Shown: positions 23,535-49,400 of the stretch, piece after piece | How positions within the stretch are numbered: position 1 is the stretch's first letter | How the letters are laid out: the number at the start of each line of letters is the position of its first letter | Assembly (NCBI GenBank): GCA_002269645.1 | Contig: NIVC01000276.1 | Location: forward strand, 237,427 to 301,426 | Reading direction: 5' to 3' | DNA: 64,000 bases | Source of the DNA: Macrostomum lignano | Lineage: Eukaryota | Translations under genes and position numbers: made by a program | The notes under the pieces: model-generated | Databases searched by the model: none | What the model saw: only the letters and a program-made list of their open reading frames with translations | Told to the model about the DNA's origin: nothing

Positions 23535-26500
23535 TGTAATGAAGTCAAGTCAATCGCTTTTTTTGGAGTAACTCACTTGAGGCAAAACCCTCGACGCTCT
23601 GTATTATATTTATTAGGCCAAGGGGCACGGTGGCCCGCGCATGTACATTACCGTACGTACTGCTCACTAGGCTTTAACCAAGCTTCACCCCTACCGCGCG
23701 GCCCCACTCCATAAGTCATGACACTTTTCCCCTCTCAGAAGAAGTCCGCTCTCTATCAACCACAGCTCCCGAGTTTCGAGTAGGTCAGCTTCTCAGGTGG
23801 CCGTCGCCGGCGTGCAGGCTGCAGTCTGCCGAGCGCGTCTGGCGGTTCCGGCTCCGGGTGCTCCGCTCCGTGCTGGTCCCGGTCGAATCCGCCGCTTCAG
23901 CTGGCTCGGTTCCGGCTGCCGGACCATCAGGTTCGTCGCTCTCGACCCGTCGGCTCCGCAGTTGGTCGGCATGACGACGCCAAGTCAGGCCGTCGCTCGT
24001 TTCGACTCGGAAGCTCAGCGGCCCAGTCTGCTCGAGAACTTTTGCCGGTTGCCAGGCCGCCGCATTAGGCCGATAGTCTCTGGCCCAGGCCTCCGACCAC
24101 GGCTCCTCCGGCAGCTCCCGCGCCCGCCGGTCGTGTTGTCGCTTCTGGGCAGATTACTCTCGCAGTACTCGATCCCGGGCTGACGGCCGCAGCAGGTCCA
24201 TTCGAGTCCGGAGCGGCTGCTTCAGGAAGAGTTCCGCTGGTGTCCGACCGGTCGTTGGGTGCGGGCTGGCTCGGTTAGCCAGCAGCCAGTTGCACAGGCG
24301 GATGTCGAGGTCCGGCTGACTGCACCGTGACGCCTCCATCGCCATCTTGAACGACTTCACCAGCCGTTCCACCAGTCCGTTGGTCTTGGCGTGATATGGA
24401 CTGCTTCTTGTGTGGCGAATTCCATTTGCTTTGCAGAAATCGCTAAATCCTTGGCTGATGAATGCTGGACCGTTGTCCGATACCAGTTCTCTCGGCAGGC
24501 CCCATTGTGCGAACAACACTCGCAGCTTGCGAACCAGCTCGGCCGATTCGAGTGTTGACACGGCCTCCACGTGCGGCCACTTTGAATGCGCGTCGACTAC
24601 GAGAAGAAACTGGCGGCCTCGGAACGGTCCGGCAAAGTCAACGTGGATGCGGTCCCAGGGCTGGTCTGGCCACACCCAGGGGTGCAGTGGAGCCAGCACC
24701 GGATGCAGCTTAACGGATTGGCAGTCCTGGCAGCTGCTAGCAACCGACTCGATGTCGGCATCCATTCCTGGCTACCAGACGAAGGTTCTGGCGACACTTT
24801 TCATTCGAGCCATGCCGAAATGTTCCACGTGCAACTCGCGCAGAACTCCAGGTCGCAACGCTCCCGGAACCAGTACAGGAGTTCCCCAGATCACGCAGCC
24901 GTCTTCAACGCTTAGTTCTAGTCGACGACGAAAGTAGGACTCGAGCCGAGGCGGAACCGACTCTGGCCAGCCAGACATTTTCATCCGGAGAACTTCTCGG
25001 AGCTCGTCATCTCGCTTCGTTGCTGCCGCTACATCCGCCGCCGTCAATGGGAACTCGCCCATCAGCTGACAGACCCGATCGTCGTCGTCTGGGCTGTCGT
25101 CCTTCATCTGCAGGGGCAAGCGGGACAGGCCGTCTGCGTTGCTGTGCTGAGCAGTCTTGCGGAACCGGATGCTGTAGCTGTACCCTGACAGCAGCAGTGC
25201 CCATCCCTGAAGTCGCCCTGCTGCAGTCGGAGAGATGCCAACCTTCGGTCCGAAAATCGTCGTCAACGGCTGGTGATCCGTAATAATCGTGAAGCTCCGG
25301 CCGAACAGGTACTGGTGAAACCGCTTGATAGCGAACACGATGGCGAGGGCTTCTTTCTCAATTTGCGAGTAATTTCGCTCCGCTGCTGACAGCGTCCTTG
25401 AAGCAAAAGACACCGGCCGTTCCGAGCCGTCCTCCATTGTGTGGGACAGCACCGCGCCGATGCCGACCGATGAAGCATCCGCGGCCACCACCACTGGAAG
25501 CTGCTCGTTGAAATGCGTCAGCACGCTGTCCGAACTCAGTTCTTGCTTAAGATGGTCCCAGGCTCGGTCCTCCGTCTCAGCCCACCGCCAGTCCGTCTCC
25601 TTCCTCAAAAGTTTATACAGAGGAGCAGCGATCGTGGAGAAGTCCTTGACATGTCGAGCATAGTAGTTTGCGAGGCCCAAGAATGATCGCAGCTCTGATA
25701 CTGTCGCTGGCTTCGGGCTGTTGACTATTGCTTCCACCTTCTGAGGCAATTTCTTGACTCCGTCCTTGCTTAGCAACGAGCCCATGTATTCGACTTCTTC
25801 TTGCAGAAATTTGCACTTGATTCGCTTCAGCCGCAAGCCCGCCGCTCTCAGCCTGGTCAGTACCTCGCGAAGCGCTGCTAGGTGCTCACTCATTGACGGA
25901 CCGGAGACCAGGATGTCATCAATGCGGCAACAGACTCCCGGCACGCCCTTCAAAAGTGTTTCCATCAGCCTCTGGCAAATCGCAGGAGTCGAAATGACGC
26001 CAAATGGCAACCGGAGGTACTCGAAAAGCCCTTTATGCGTGTTGATGGTCGTCAGCTTGCAGCTCTCTTCGTCGAGTGGAAACTGAAGATAACATTGTGA
26101 CAGATCGAGTTTTGAGAACAGCTGACCCTGTCCCATTCTTCAGGCGTAGGCAGCGGGTACTGGTCGATGTGGAGCTGAGGGTTCAACGTCAGTTTATAGT
26201 CGCCGCACAGCCGGACTGAGCCGTCCGCCTTGAGTACCGGAACCACTGGCGTAGCCCACTCGCTGTAGGTCACGGGGCGGATGATGCCTTTGTTGAGCAT
26301 GTCCTGGAGCTCGAGCTCCAGCTTGTCCCGCACTGCGAATGGCACTGGTCTGGCCTTGCAGAATCGAGGCTGTGCGTCACTTTTGAGTCTCAGTGCGACT
26401 GTCTGATCCTTCAGCTGCCCGAGGCCCTCGTTGAAAACATCAGCGAACTCCTCTAGCATCTGGTCAAGAGGCCCGCTGTTCTGCGCCGGCGCCTGATTGA

Positions 26501-27563
26501 TCTGGTTGGCAAACAACTGAGTCCAGTTGAGTCGCACTTTTTCCAGCCAATTGCGTCCTTACCCTGACCTCGGCTGTTCCTTTGACTTGTATTGGCTCGC
26601 CCGTCCAGGTCCGGAGTCGCAGGCGTGTTGGTGTCAGCGGAGGTCGGCCGAGCTGCTTCCACACCGACTCCGGTACGAGGCTGACGCAGGCACCGGTGTC
26701 CAGCTGCATGGTGAGAGGCTGGTCATTCACCAGCAGACTTACGCTGATCTTCTTGGCCGATGCAGTGACTTGCGAAATCCAGCCAGTTGCTGCTTCCTCC
26801 TCTTCTGTTTGCATGGCGTGTGCTGGTCCGTCCTCTGGCCGTCCGGCTTTCGTTGTACTGGAGGTTTCTTGGCTGAGCGGCAAACTTTCTGCAGGTGTCC
26901 CACTTTCACGCAGTTGTGGCACTTTGCGGTCCTGAAGCGGCAGGCTGCCGACAGGTGGCCTCTGAATCCGCACCTGTAGCACGCCTTCGAGTCCGACGCT
27001 ACCTGCTGGATTGAGCTGACCTTTGAGCTCGATCGATTTCCACTGCTCAGTTTCCGACTGTGCAATCTCCGCCGCGAGGGCAATTTTCTTGGCCGCATCC
27101 AGCGTGAGCTTCTCCTCCATCAGGAGTCGCTGTTGGGTCCGCTGGTCCCGAAGGCCGCAGACGAAACAGTCTCGGAGAGCTTCTTCTCGAAACCCCCCGA
27201 ACTCGCACGAATCGGCCAGGTTCCGCAGCGCAGCCAGAAATTGAGCAGCCGTCTCTCCGTCCCTTTGTGCTCGCTTGTAGAACTTGAACCGTTCAGCGAT
27301 TACTGGCTTCTTCGGTTTGAAGTACTTTTGAAGGTTCTCGGTGAGGGCGCTGTATTGCAGATCTGTTGGCTTGGTCGGACTGCAAAGATCCCGCAGGACT
27401 GCGTAGCATCGTTCGCCAATCAATGTCAGAAACACGGCCTTCTTCTTGTCGTCGCCTTCTATGCCGTTTGCAAGCATGTAAGAGTCCATTCGCTCTTGAT
27501 AGGCGTCCCAATCTTTGCCTTCTTCGTAAGGCTCTAGTTGTCCAACTGAAGCCATCCTCGTCA
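23535..27563 (-). mobile_element. Ty3/Gypsy LTR retrotransposon lacking its 5' LTR; gag-pol (ATG 27555) with several frameshifts
   Basis: Gag (MASVGQLEPY..WDAYQERM; CYRCG..GH, CHNC...GH), PR LDTGACVS, RT EWATPVVPV..VRLCGDYK, RIDDILVSG, RH AADASS, IN RIHVDFAGP, LVSDNGP, TNGLVER; PPT GAGAGGGGAAAAG; 3' LTR 23535-23723; PBS remnant GACGAGGATGG. Confidence 0.9.
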
Positions 27564-29602
27564 TCTGAAGCCATCTGAATTTTGGTGCTACTAACCCAAG
27601 CCTATGGTACAAGACACCGCCAACCCAAAAATTTGAATCAGGGACGGTGCTAGGACAGAGTCCACCCAGCAGACAAGTCCTCGGGAGTGCGCCAAAAACA
27701 GAATTGGAAAATCGAAAAATGTTGGGTATACTACTTAAAGCCATCCAAGAGCGGGGAAACCCAGAAGTCTTGGAAAAAGGCCTAACTATTGGAGCGAGTC
27801 TGGAAGGCTTTTATCCGAGGGCGAGTCTCCTATTAGGCAGGATATCGCGACTACCTATAAGGCTGCAAACCACAAGGACGTCACCTATCCAGCTCTATAT
27901 TGGAGGCCAGGCCAAGGGGTCGGGAAGGGGCACAAGGACCAAGAGGATCTTAGATTTACTCACTCACAACAGTGTCAAACTGTAACCGATGAACGAATAA
28001 GCATTGAGTAAATGACTATTTTTAGATTGTTCATGGTTCGTGCTACTTGCTTTATTCACCCTAACAGTAGGGTCATGGCGTTTTTATTTGTCCAGATAGT
28101 TTTCACGCGAATGAGCTTTCTGTGTGATATTCTGTGCGCACACCCGCCCCTGCAAATGTCTTCCATTATTTTACACTTTGTTTTTGCTTTTATGTGACGA
28201 TATTTTCAAAGCAAGTGCTGGCTATGAAAATATAAATATATGACTTAATTTTTCTCGATATCCTCAAATGGAATGAAGGATCATTTATTTTTTGGAGCTT
28301 GAGATGAATAGGACCATTGGAAATAAAAATGGCGTCCGTAGCGACCTCACTAGCTAGAAAAAGTTTGGGTCAGTTCGAATCTATTCTCATTAAAGATGCA
28401 TTAGCTGACTAAGTTACACATCATCCATTATTTTTCTCCGAGGCCAATTCATTACTTGACTCTGGGCGTTCTCCCCAAAGAAGCAAGGACTGCACGAAAT
28501 TGCTGTTAGAATCCTAATATTCTGCGGTTCTCCTACCAGCTCTGCCTCCCAATCTGATCTCGCTCTCGTCTCTCCCAGGGCTTTCACGCCACAGTGCAGG
28601 CGATCCTAACTGATCCAAGGCCGATTAGATTAGCTTTATTCTAGCAACGCTCTCCCGATTTTTACAGCCATTCATTTTCTGCTGCTAGAATCGGCGTCGA
28701 TTTCCTGCTCCAATTCCTATTAGTAAGCGTAGGCCATGTTTGAATGCATGGTGCAGACCGTGAGTGCTTGTTCAAAGTGTAAGGATACGTACGCTGTGCA
28801 TGTGGGTTAGGCAATTGCTTTCCATTTCGATCGGTGACAATTTATTAGGTATTCTACACGAACATCAATATACAGACTAGAAAGTTAGAAGCTTACTTAC
28901 CACGAAGCTTATGTCCAAATGCGATTTGTTAGAATGGGGGCTGAGGATCTTTATGTTGAACGTGGGGAGCTACCCAATGCTACCCGGGCTAAAATAAACG
29001 TTCTCTCTGCATTGCTGAGAGGCTACGGAACCAGTGGGATGCAGAACCCTCATTGGATAGTGGCTGGCTGTCCATCCTACCCGAGCCCTGCAGTTGGCTT
29101 CCCAGAGAGATCTGTCTCGATTTCAACCAAAACTGCCGTACGGTTCAGCATAAATGAAAAAAAAATCAGAGCTGTATTTAGAAAATATTTGTACAATTTA
29201 CAGTTAATAATGTTGTATTTTAAGCTCTCATCTAACTGCAAGACTCAAATACTTAAGCAGAGGAGGATAAATTGTACAGTTTGAATAAAATGCAGCTGAA
29301 TGCTGGGAGTTTCAGAACCTGGTTCGAATCATAAAATAATAAAGTTGTAATGAACTTTGGAGCTCTCAGATCTGGGAACTGGAGAGGACTGTGCTAGCAT
29401 AAAGGTAGTACTACTTCATCAGATAATAAACAGCCTTGATTATCTCTACCTTAAAAATCTGAATCAGATAAGCCTACTAACATTATTTTCATCGTCAACA
29501 GTTCCTAGTGATCCCAACAGAGATTTGTTAATCTCGATTCGGTGCTAGCAGCTTCTCTCCGTCCAGTTTCTGAATCCGCAGCTCCAACGATGCGGCTCAG
29601 GA

Positions 29603-30089
29603 TTAGGTCAGCAGCCGCAACATCAGAGTCGAGCAGGCCAGAAGGCCCACGAATAGCTGTGTGGAAGCGCCGCTGAAGCCAGTCCTCAAAGCCGAGTTGC
29701 ACAGTCGGCCGGAGCAGCAGTAAACGTCCGCGTTGTAGATTGTTGGACACTGGCTGTTCGTGACGCAGTATCGACTAATCGCTTTGGAAGTTTTGTCGAC
29801 AGCTTTCTGTAAATGCAATCCGAATTGGTGCTGTCAGAATGCAATCGATATGAAACAATCTACAAAATCAGCCACGCAATTCTTGCCGACTTACGTAGCA
29901 CAGCTGGCATCCGGAGCTTCCCACGCTAATCACTTGCGATGTCGAGGAGGCATCGAAGGTTTCTGAGCACAGGCCTACGCCGCAGCTGTAGCAGGTGAGG
30001 CTGGAAACGCTGGTTAAGCACAGGGCCGCTGTCATCAACGCGAGAACCGTTGCTGCACCGTGAGATCCGTGCCATGTCGCTGACGTCAT
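29603..30089 (-). CDS. Ly6/uPAR (three-finger) GPI-anchored protein, 132 aa; exons 30089-29895, 29806-29603
   Basis: Signal peptide, LTCYSC start, 10 cysteines ending CCSGRLCN, hydrophobic C-terminal GPI-like tail; phase-0 GT-AG intron. Confidence 0.88.
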
Positions 30090-31212
30090 CTTGATTGAGA
30101 TTGCTTCGATTCGATTAAAAATTTCTGGAAGCTTAGAGTTTGAGTCTGCTTTTTACGCTGCCTATCTGTGCATTCATCTGTATTTAAAAGAGTTTTGTAG
30201 CTGGCAGGGCTGGGGTGTGCGTTTCTTGTTGTTGCACCGTTTCGAAGGGCGCCGGGCGGTAAACAGACCGGGCTGAGAGCTTCAGTGTCTCGCTGTGGAT
30301 GGGGGCTGGGCGGTTAGCGACGGGGGTGGCGAAGGAGTTTTGCATCCAGACTGTTCATTTATTTTCGTCTCATTCCAGCGCTTCCCCGCATCTCGCCCGA
30401 GTGCTGCAGTGTTTGCTTTGACAGCGGTCGTCAATGCGCAGGCCAGGCTCTTGGCTAGCAGTTAGGGCGAATTTGCGTCATTCAAACCAGTTCATAGCAC
30501 TGCAACTTGAGGTGAGAGATAGAGCACAAGAGCCACACTGAGCCTGAGCTGTGGTCTCAAGTTAGCTCCACTATTAGCTCAATCTTCTCAACCTACTTTC
30601 TCCTTGCTTCTACCCTGCTAGTAGACTGTCATGAACTAAACTGTCTTTACTGTCATTGTGCTGACAGAGGCATTTCAAAAAAATAAAAAAACAGTAAATA
30701 AACAATCTACTAGCTACTACTTTTAATGCGATCCATTCGATCATTCGTTCTAAATGGAATCGAGCCGGGCAAACTGGAAGCAATGACGCATTCCAATGAT
30801 CATCTGTATGCAAAACGGGTGCCCCACACTAGGATTGGAAAGCTGCTTGTCTAACCCCAAAGTTGTGAGGCTGCGTATGCTGGTGCTGGCCTGCCAGTGC
30901 GAGGCATTTGGAAGTGCATCAATCAGGGAAATGTGGGGAGTGGGGCACAGCAGGGAGGAAGATGGCCGATCACGGATGCAGTGCCTGCCTCGCTTCGGTG
31001 CCCCGATTTGGCTGAGGCCAGCTCACTGCGCAATCTGCAGTGCGCAGCGAGCTGCCACTTCTGCCGGCCACTTGCCTCACCGCGGCTGGTGGGCCTGGGG
31101 TCAGATAAACCCTGCCTCTGCCTGGGAAAGCAAATAGAGCAGCGCAGAATATTGGGAATTGCATGTGAAAAGAGCGAAAGACGGGCAGGACAAAACTGAC
31201 ATGGACACTAAA

Positions 31213-31215
<3 letters not shown>

Positions 31216-31259
<44 letters not shown>

Positions 31260-31282
31260 CACAGACAGACAGACAGACAGGC

Positions 31283-31331
<49 letters not shown>

Positions 31332-31332
31332 C

Positions 31333-31403
<71 letters not shown>

Positions 31404-31426
31404 CACAGACAGACAGACAGACAGGC

Positions 31427-31477
<51 letters not shown>

Positions 31478-31562
31478 GAGACAGACAGACAGACAGACTG
31501 ACTGACAGACAGACAGACAGACAGACAGACTGACAGACAGACTGACAGACAGACAGACAGGC

Positions 31563-31602
<40 letters not shown>
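31216..31602. repeat. (GACA)n microsatellite, ~95 units
   Basis: Direct. Confidence 0.97.
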
Positions 31603-33145
31603 TCTTTTATGTATGAATTATTGATTCATATACTGCAACTGTGCAGGATGCATGATGGGGTGAACCGTTTACAGGACGCAGCAAACTTAATTAAAAATAT
31701 TTGCATAAAAATGGCAATAGCTTTATCAAAATCAGGTACATAGGATTTTTTGATCCTTCAGCTCAGTCCATACTTCTCTACTAAGGTAAGTAGTATCTTG
31801 AAAAAATTGAATTTATTAACTGTAGCTCGCAGACAAGCTACTCGTAATATTTCAATTCAAAGCTCAGTGTTGCAATTTGCAACTCAACTTGGCGGGTAGC
31901 TTCATAGCCAACTTGATACATTCTAGCTCTCCAGATTCAGCGTTGCTACGGTCTTCCTCAATACACTCTAAAGACTACAACGAAGACGGGACAAACCCGA
32001 GTATCTTTACTTACTGTTGCTTATTAATTCCACTTTGAGCAAGTCAACGTCTGGACGCTGGGTTGAAAGCGTCCTAACGCAGATCGGATCCAGCGCTCTC
32101 GTACTCAATCACTCTCTGAGCTGCATGCTGAAGCCGCTCGTAGGTATGCAAAGTCAGTGCCTCAACGCTCCTGCTTAGAATATGCATCGGCTTGATTAGG
32201 AATAGCAATTTTAACTGATTGGCTTCTCGTGTTGGATGACTCCACTTACTTCTACTGACGCTGGACCGTTCCTAACTGATAGTGAGCCCTCGGACTGAGC
32301 ACTTTCTCGTCAACGTTTCGGGTGGAGCATATGAGGCAACTTCAGTTCAATTTGAATTTTCATTGAATTTTCAGTCAGTCCCGACAGCTTTGGCGACTTT
32401 GGCTTTTAATTTCTGCACGCGAGGACGTTGGTCAAGCGTTGAGTAAGAACATTGCCGTATACAATTAACTTCTCACCGGACCATTTCATTAATGTGCAAC
32501 CACAGCAAAAAGGTTTTGCCGTGAAAGGCAAGCGTAATACTTCTGAGCAAGCATTGTAGAGACACTTCTGCACTAGAAAAAAGCATCTGTCAGCACCAGT
32601 CAGTACACACACATCTTGCTGCCAAGTAGAGACAATCAAGGCATCGTGAACTTCCTTAGGGAGTTGCACAGTTTTCCCTCATGAACAGCGTCACACCCCT
32701 CAATCGACCTACTTTCACAGGCGTCGCACGGTTAGCTTGGCTTCCCCTTGAGTCCTCCGATTCAATTAGCAATGCAAACTGTGCGCTGCATGCGAAGCCG
32801 AGACGCTGCCTCCCCCTGTGCCAATGGCAGGGCTGACGGGCTAAGGCAAGGACTGGGAGCCAATCCACTGAGGGAGAGAGCTGCACGGAAAGGAAGTGTC
32901 CGGGAGGCAGTTTTCAGACAGTCCTCAGCTTTCCGCGGGCCAGAGGCAGCAACCCAAGAAGTGCGGAATTGCCACGCTAGTGTTTACACAAAACTGAGTC
33001 TCCACCTCAATGAGCTCTGAGAACTATGAGAGGCAGGGAGAGTCGGTGAATAGAACAGAGAAATCCGTATAGGGCATCCGCATAGAGAACCTGTTGATTG
33101 CGCTTTGCTATATAGCTGATATTCAGTACATCCCGACCGGGAAGC

Positions 33146-45935
<12,790 letters not shown>

Positions 45936-46457
45936 AGAAGCTTGTGTTGAAAATTTTTGGTCTGATTATTCGTTTTCGATAACAACATTCGTACCCTACT
46001 TTTGTGGCTAATATAGCAAAATTAGAATAAAGTAGCTGGTGTAAAGCCTCGTTAATTATGAGATTAATTGAAATATATGCTATGCTAATACTGAGGCACA
46101 ATATTTTGTCTTTAATATTGCGTTTATAAGCAAGTTTTATACATACCATTTTGTCAGCGGCTTTACGAGTCGCCACACGCGGGGCAGTAAATGATCCACG
46201 ACCCCCCGTGGGGAGTGTACAACTGAGATAGCAATGTACATCTAGGCTAGAATGTACACTGGTTTACTCTCGTCCCCTGAGGGCCCTGAGGGCATGCTTG
46301 GATTTTCCGACCACAACAGGCAAAATTTGAAAATAAAATAGAGCGTGCGGAGCCACGGCCATGTAGGTCTGGAATCTCTTCGGGGGGACATCCAGGCCAG
46401 CAGCTCAGCAAATAATTATCTGAAAGCAGCAATTCAGGATTTCTGCAACTCTTTCAG

Positions 46458-49400
46458 GTTATCGATGAGCGAAAGATCCGAGGAGCAGCAGGCTGCGAAA
46501 GCCGCTTTTCCGTCAGCATTGATGAACAGTGTGCTCGGGGAGTCCACGTGAGTGCTAAGTCTTTGTTTCATTGTTGATAACTATGCAATATTGCAATGAT
46601 TAGATTAAAGATGATTATAGATTAGAGAAAATCATTTCTTCAAGAAGATTTTAAATTGTGAGCTGAGATTTAAATGAGGAGAGCTAAGATTTAAATGGAG
46701 AGCTGAGATTTAAATGGAGAGCTGAGATTTCAATGGAGAGCTGAGATTTAAATGGGGGAGAGCTGAGATTTAAATGGAGAGCTGAGATTTAAATGGAGAG
46801 CTGAGATTTCAATGGAGAGCTGAGATTTAAATAGGGGAGAGCTGAGATTTAAATGGAGAGCTGAGATTTAAATGGAGAGCTGAGATTTAAATGGAGAGCT
46901 GAGATTTCAATGGAGAGCTGAGATTTCAATGGAGAGCTGAGATTTAAGTGGAGAGCTGAGATTTAAATGGAGAGCTGAGATTTCAATGGAGAGCTGAGAT
47001 TTCAATGGAATGCTGAGATTTAAATGGGGGAGAGCTGAGATTTAAAAGGGGGGAGAGCTGAGATTTAAATGGGGGAGAGCTGAGATTTAAAAGGGGGGAG
47101 AGCTGAGATTTAAATGGGGGAGAGCTGAGATTTAAATGGTGGAGAGCTGAGATTTAAATGGGGGAGAGCTGAGATTTAAATGGGGGAGAGCTGAGATTTA
47201 AATGGGGGAGAGCTGAGATTTTAATGGGGGAGAGCTGAGATTTAAATGGGGAAGGCTGAGATTTAAAGAAAGAGTGCTCATATTTAAATTGGGACTGCTT
47301 AGGTTTAAATAGGGAGTGCTCAGATTTAAATAAGGAGTGCTCAGATTTAAATAGAGAGTGCTCAGATTTAAATAAGGAGTGCTCAGATTTAAATAGGGAG
47401 TGCTCAGATTTAAATAGGGAGTGCTCAGATTTAAATAGGGAGTGCTCAGATTTAAATAGGGAGTGCTCAGATTTAAATAAGGAGTGCTCAGATTTAAATA
47501 GGGAGTGCTCAGATTTAAATAAGGAGTGCTCAGATTTAAATAGGGAGTGCTCAGATTTAAATAAGGAGTGCTCAGATTTAAATAGGGAGTGCTCAGATTT
47601 AAATAGGGAGTGCTCAGATTTAAATAGGGAGTGCTCAGATTTAAATAGGGAGTGCTCAGATTTAAATAGGGAGTGCTCAGATTTAAATAGGGAGTGCTCA
47701 GATTTAAATAAGGAGTGCTCAGATTTTAATAGGGAGTGCTCAGATTTAAATAAGGAGTGCTCAGATTTAAATAGGGAGTGCTCAGATTTAAATAAGGAGT
47801 GCTCAGATTTAAATAGGGAGTGCTCAGATTTAAATAGGGAGTGCTCAGATTTAAATAGGGAGTGCTCAGATTTAAATAGGGAGTGCTCAGATTTAAATAG
47901 GGAGTGCTCAGATTTAAATAGGGAGTGCTCAGATTTAAATAGGGAGTGCTCAGATTTAAATAGGGAGTGCTCAGATTTAAATAGGGAGTGCTCAGATTTA
48001 AATAGAGAGTGCTCAGATTTAAATAGAGAGTGCTCAGATTTAAATAGGGAGTGCTCAGATTTAAATAGGGAGTGCTCAGATTTAAATAGGGAGTGCTCAG
48101 ATTTAAATAGAGAGTGCTCAGATTTAAATAGAGAGTGCTCAGATTTAAATAGGGAGTGCTTAGATTTAAATAGGGAGTGCTCAGATTTAAATAGAGAGTG
48201 CTCAGATTTAAATAGAGAGTGCTCAGATTTAAATAGAGAGTGCTCAGATTTAAATAAGGAGTGCTCAGATTTAAATAGAGAGTGCTCAGATTTAAATAGA
48301 GAGTGCTCAGATTTAAATAAGGAGTGCTCAGATTTAAATAGGGAGTGCTCAGATTTAAATAGGGAGTGCTCAGATTTAAATAGAGAGTGCTCAGATTTAA
48401 ATAGGGAGTGCTCAGATTTAAATAGAGAGTGCTCAGATTTAAATAGGGAGTGCTCAGATTTAAATAGAGAGTGCTCAGATTTAAATAGGGAGTGCTCAGA
48501 TTTAAATAAGGAGTGCTCAGATTTAAATAGGGAGTGCTCAGATTTAAATAGGGAGTGCTCAGATTTAAATAGGGAGTGCTCAGATTTAAATAGGGAGTGC
48601 TCAGATTTAAATAGAGAGTGCTCAGATTTAAATAGGGAGTGCTCAGATTTAAATAGAGAGTGCTCAGATTTAAATAAGGAGTGCTCAGATTTAAATAGAG
48701 AGTGCTCAGATTTAAATAAGGAGTGCTCAGATTTAAATAGGGAGTGCTCAGATTTAAATAGGGAGTGCTCAGATTTAAATAGGGAGTGCTCAGATTTAAA
48801 TAGGGAGTGCTCAGATTTAAATAAGGAGTGCTCAGATTTAAATAGGGAGTGCTCAGATTTAAATAAGGAGTGCTCAGATTTAAATAGGGAGTGCTCAGAT
48901 TTAAATAGGGAGTGCTCAGATTTAAATAGGGAGTGCTCAGATTTAAATAGGGAGTGCTCAGATTTAAATAGAGAGTGCTCAGATTTAAATAGAGAGTGCT
49001 CAGATTTAAATAGGGAGTGCTTAGATTTAAATAGGGAGTGCTCAGATTTAAATAGAGAGTGCTCAGATTTAAATAGAGAGTGCTCAGATTTAAATAGAGA
49101 GTGCTCAGATTTAAATAAGGAGTGCTCAGATTTAAATAGAGAGTGCTCAGATTTAAATAGAGAGTGCTCAGATTTAAATAAGGAGTGCTCAGATTTAAAT
49201 AGGGAGTGCTCAGATTTAAATAGGGAGTGCTCAGATTTAAATAGAGAGTGCTCAGATTTAAATAGGGAGTGCTCAGATTTAAATAGAGAGTGCTCAGATT
49301 TAAATAGGGAGTGCTCAGATTTAAATAGAGAGTGCTCAGATTTAAATAGGGAGTGCTCAGATTTAAATAAGGAGTGCTCAGATTTAAATAGGGAGTGCTC

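Noticed and set aside
30970-31533. VCLS and DRQT repeat ORFs
   Set aside because: Translations of the (GACA)n microsatellite
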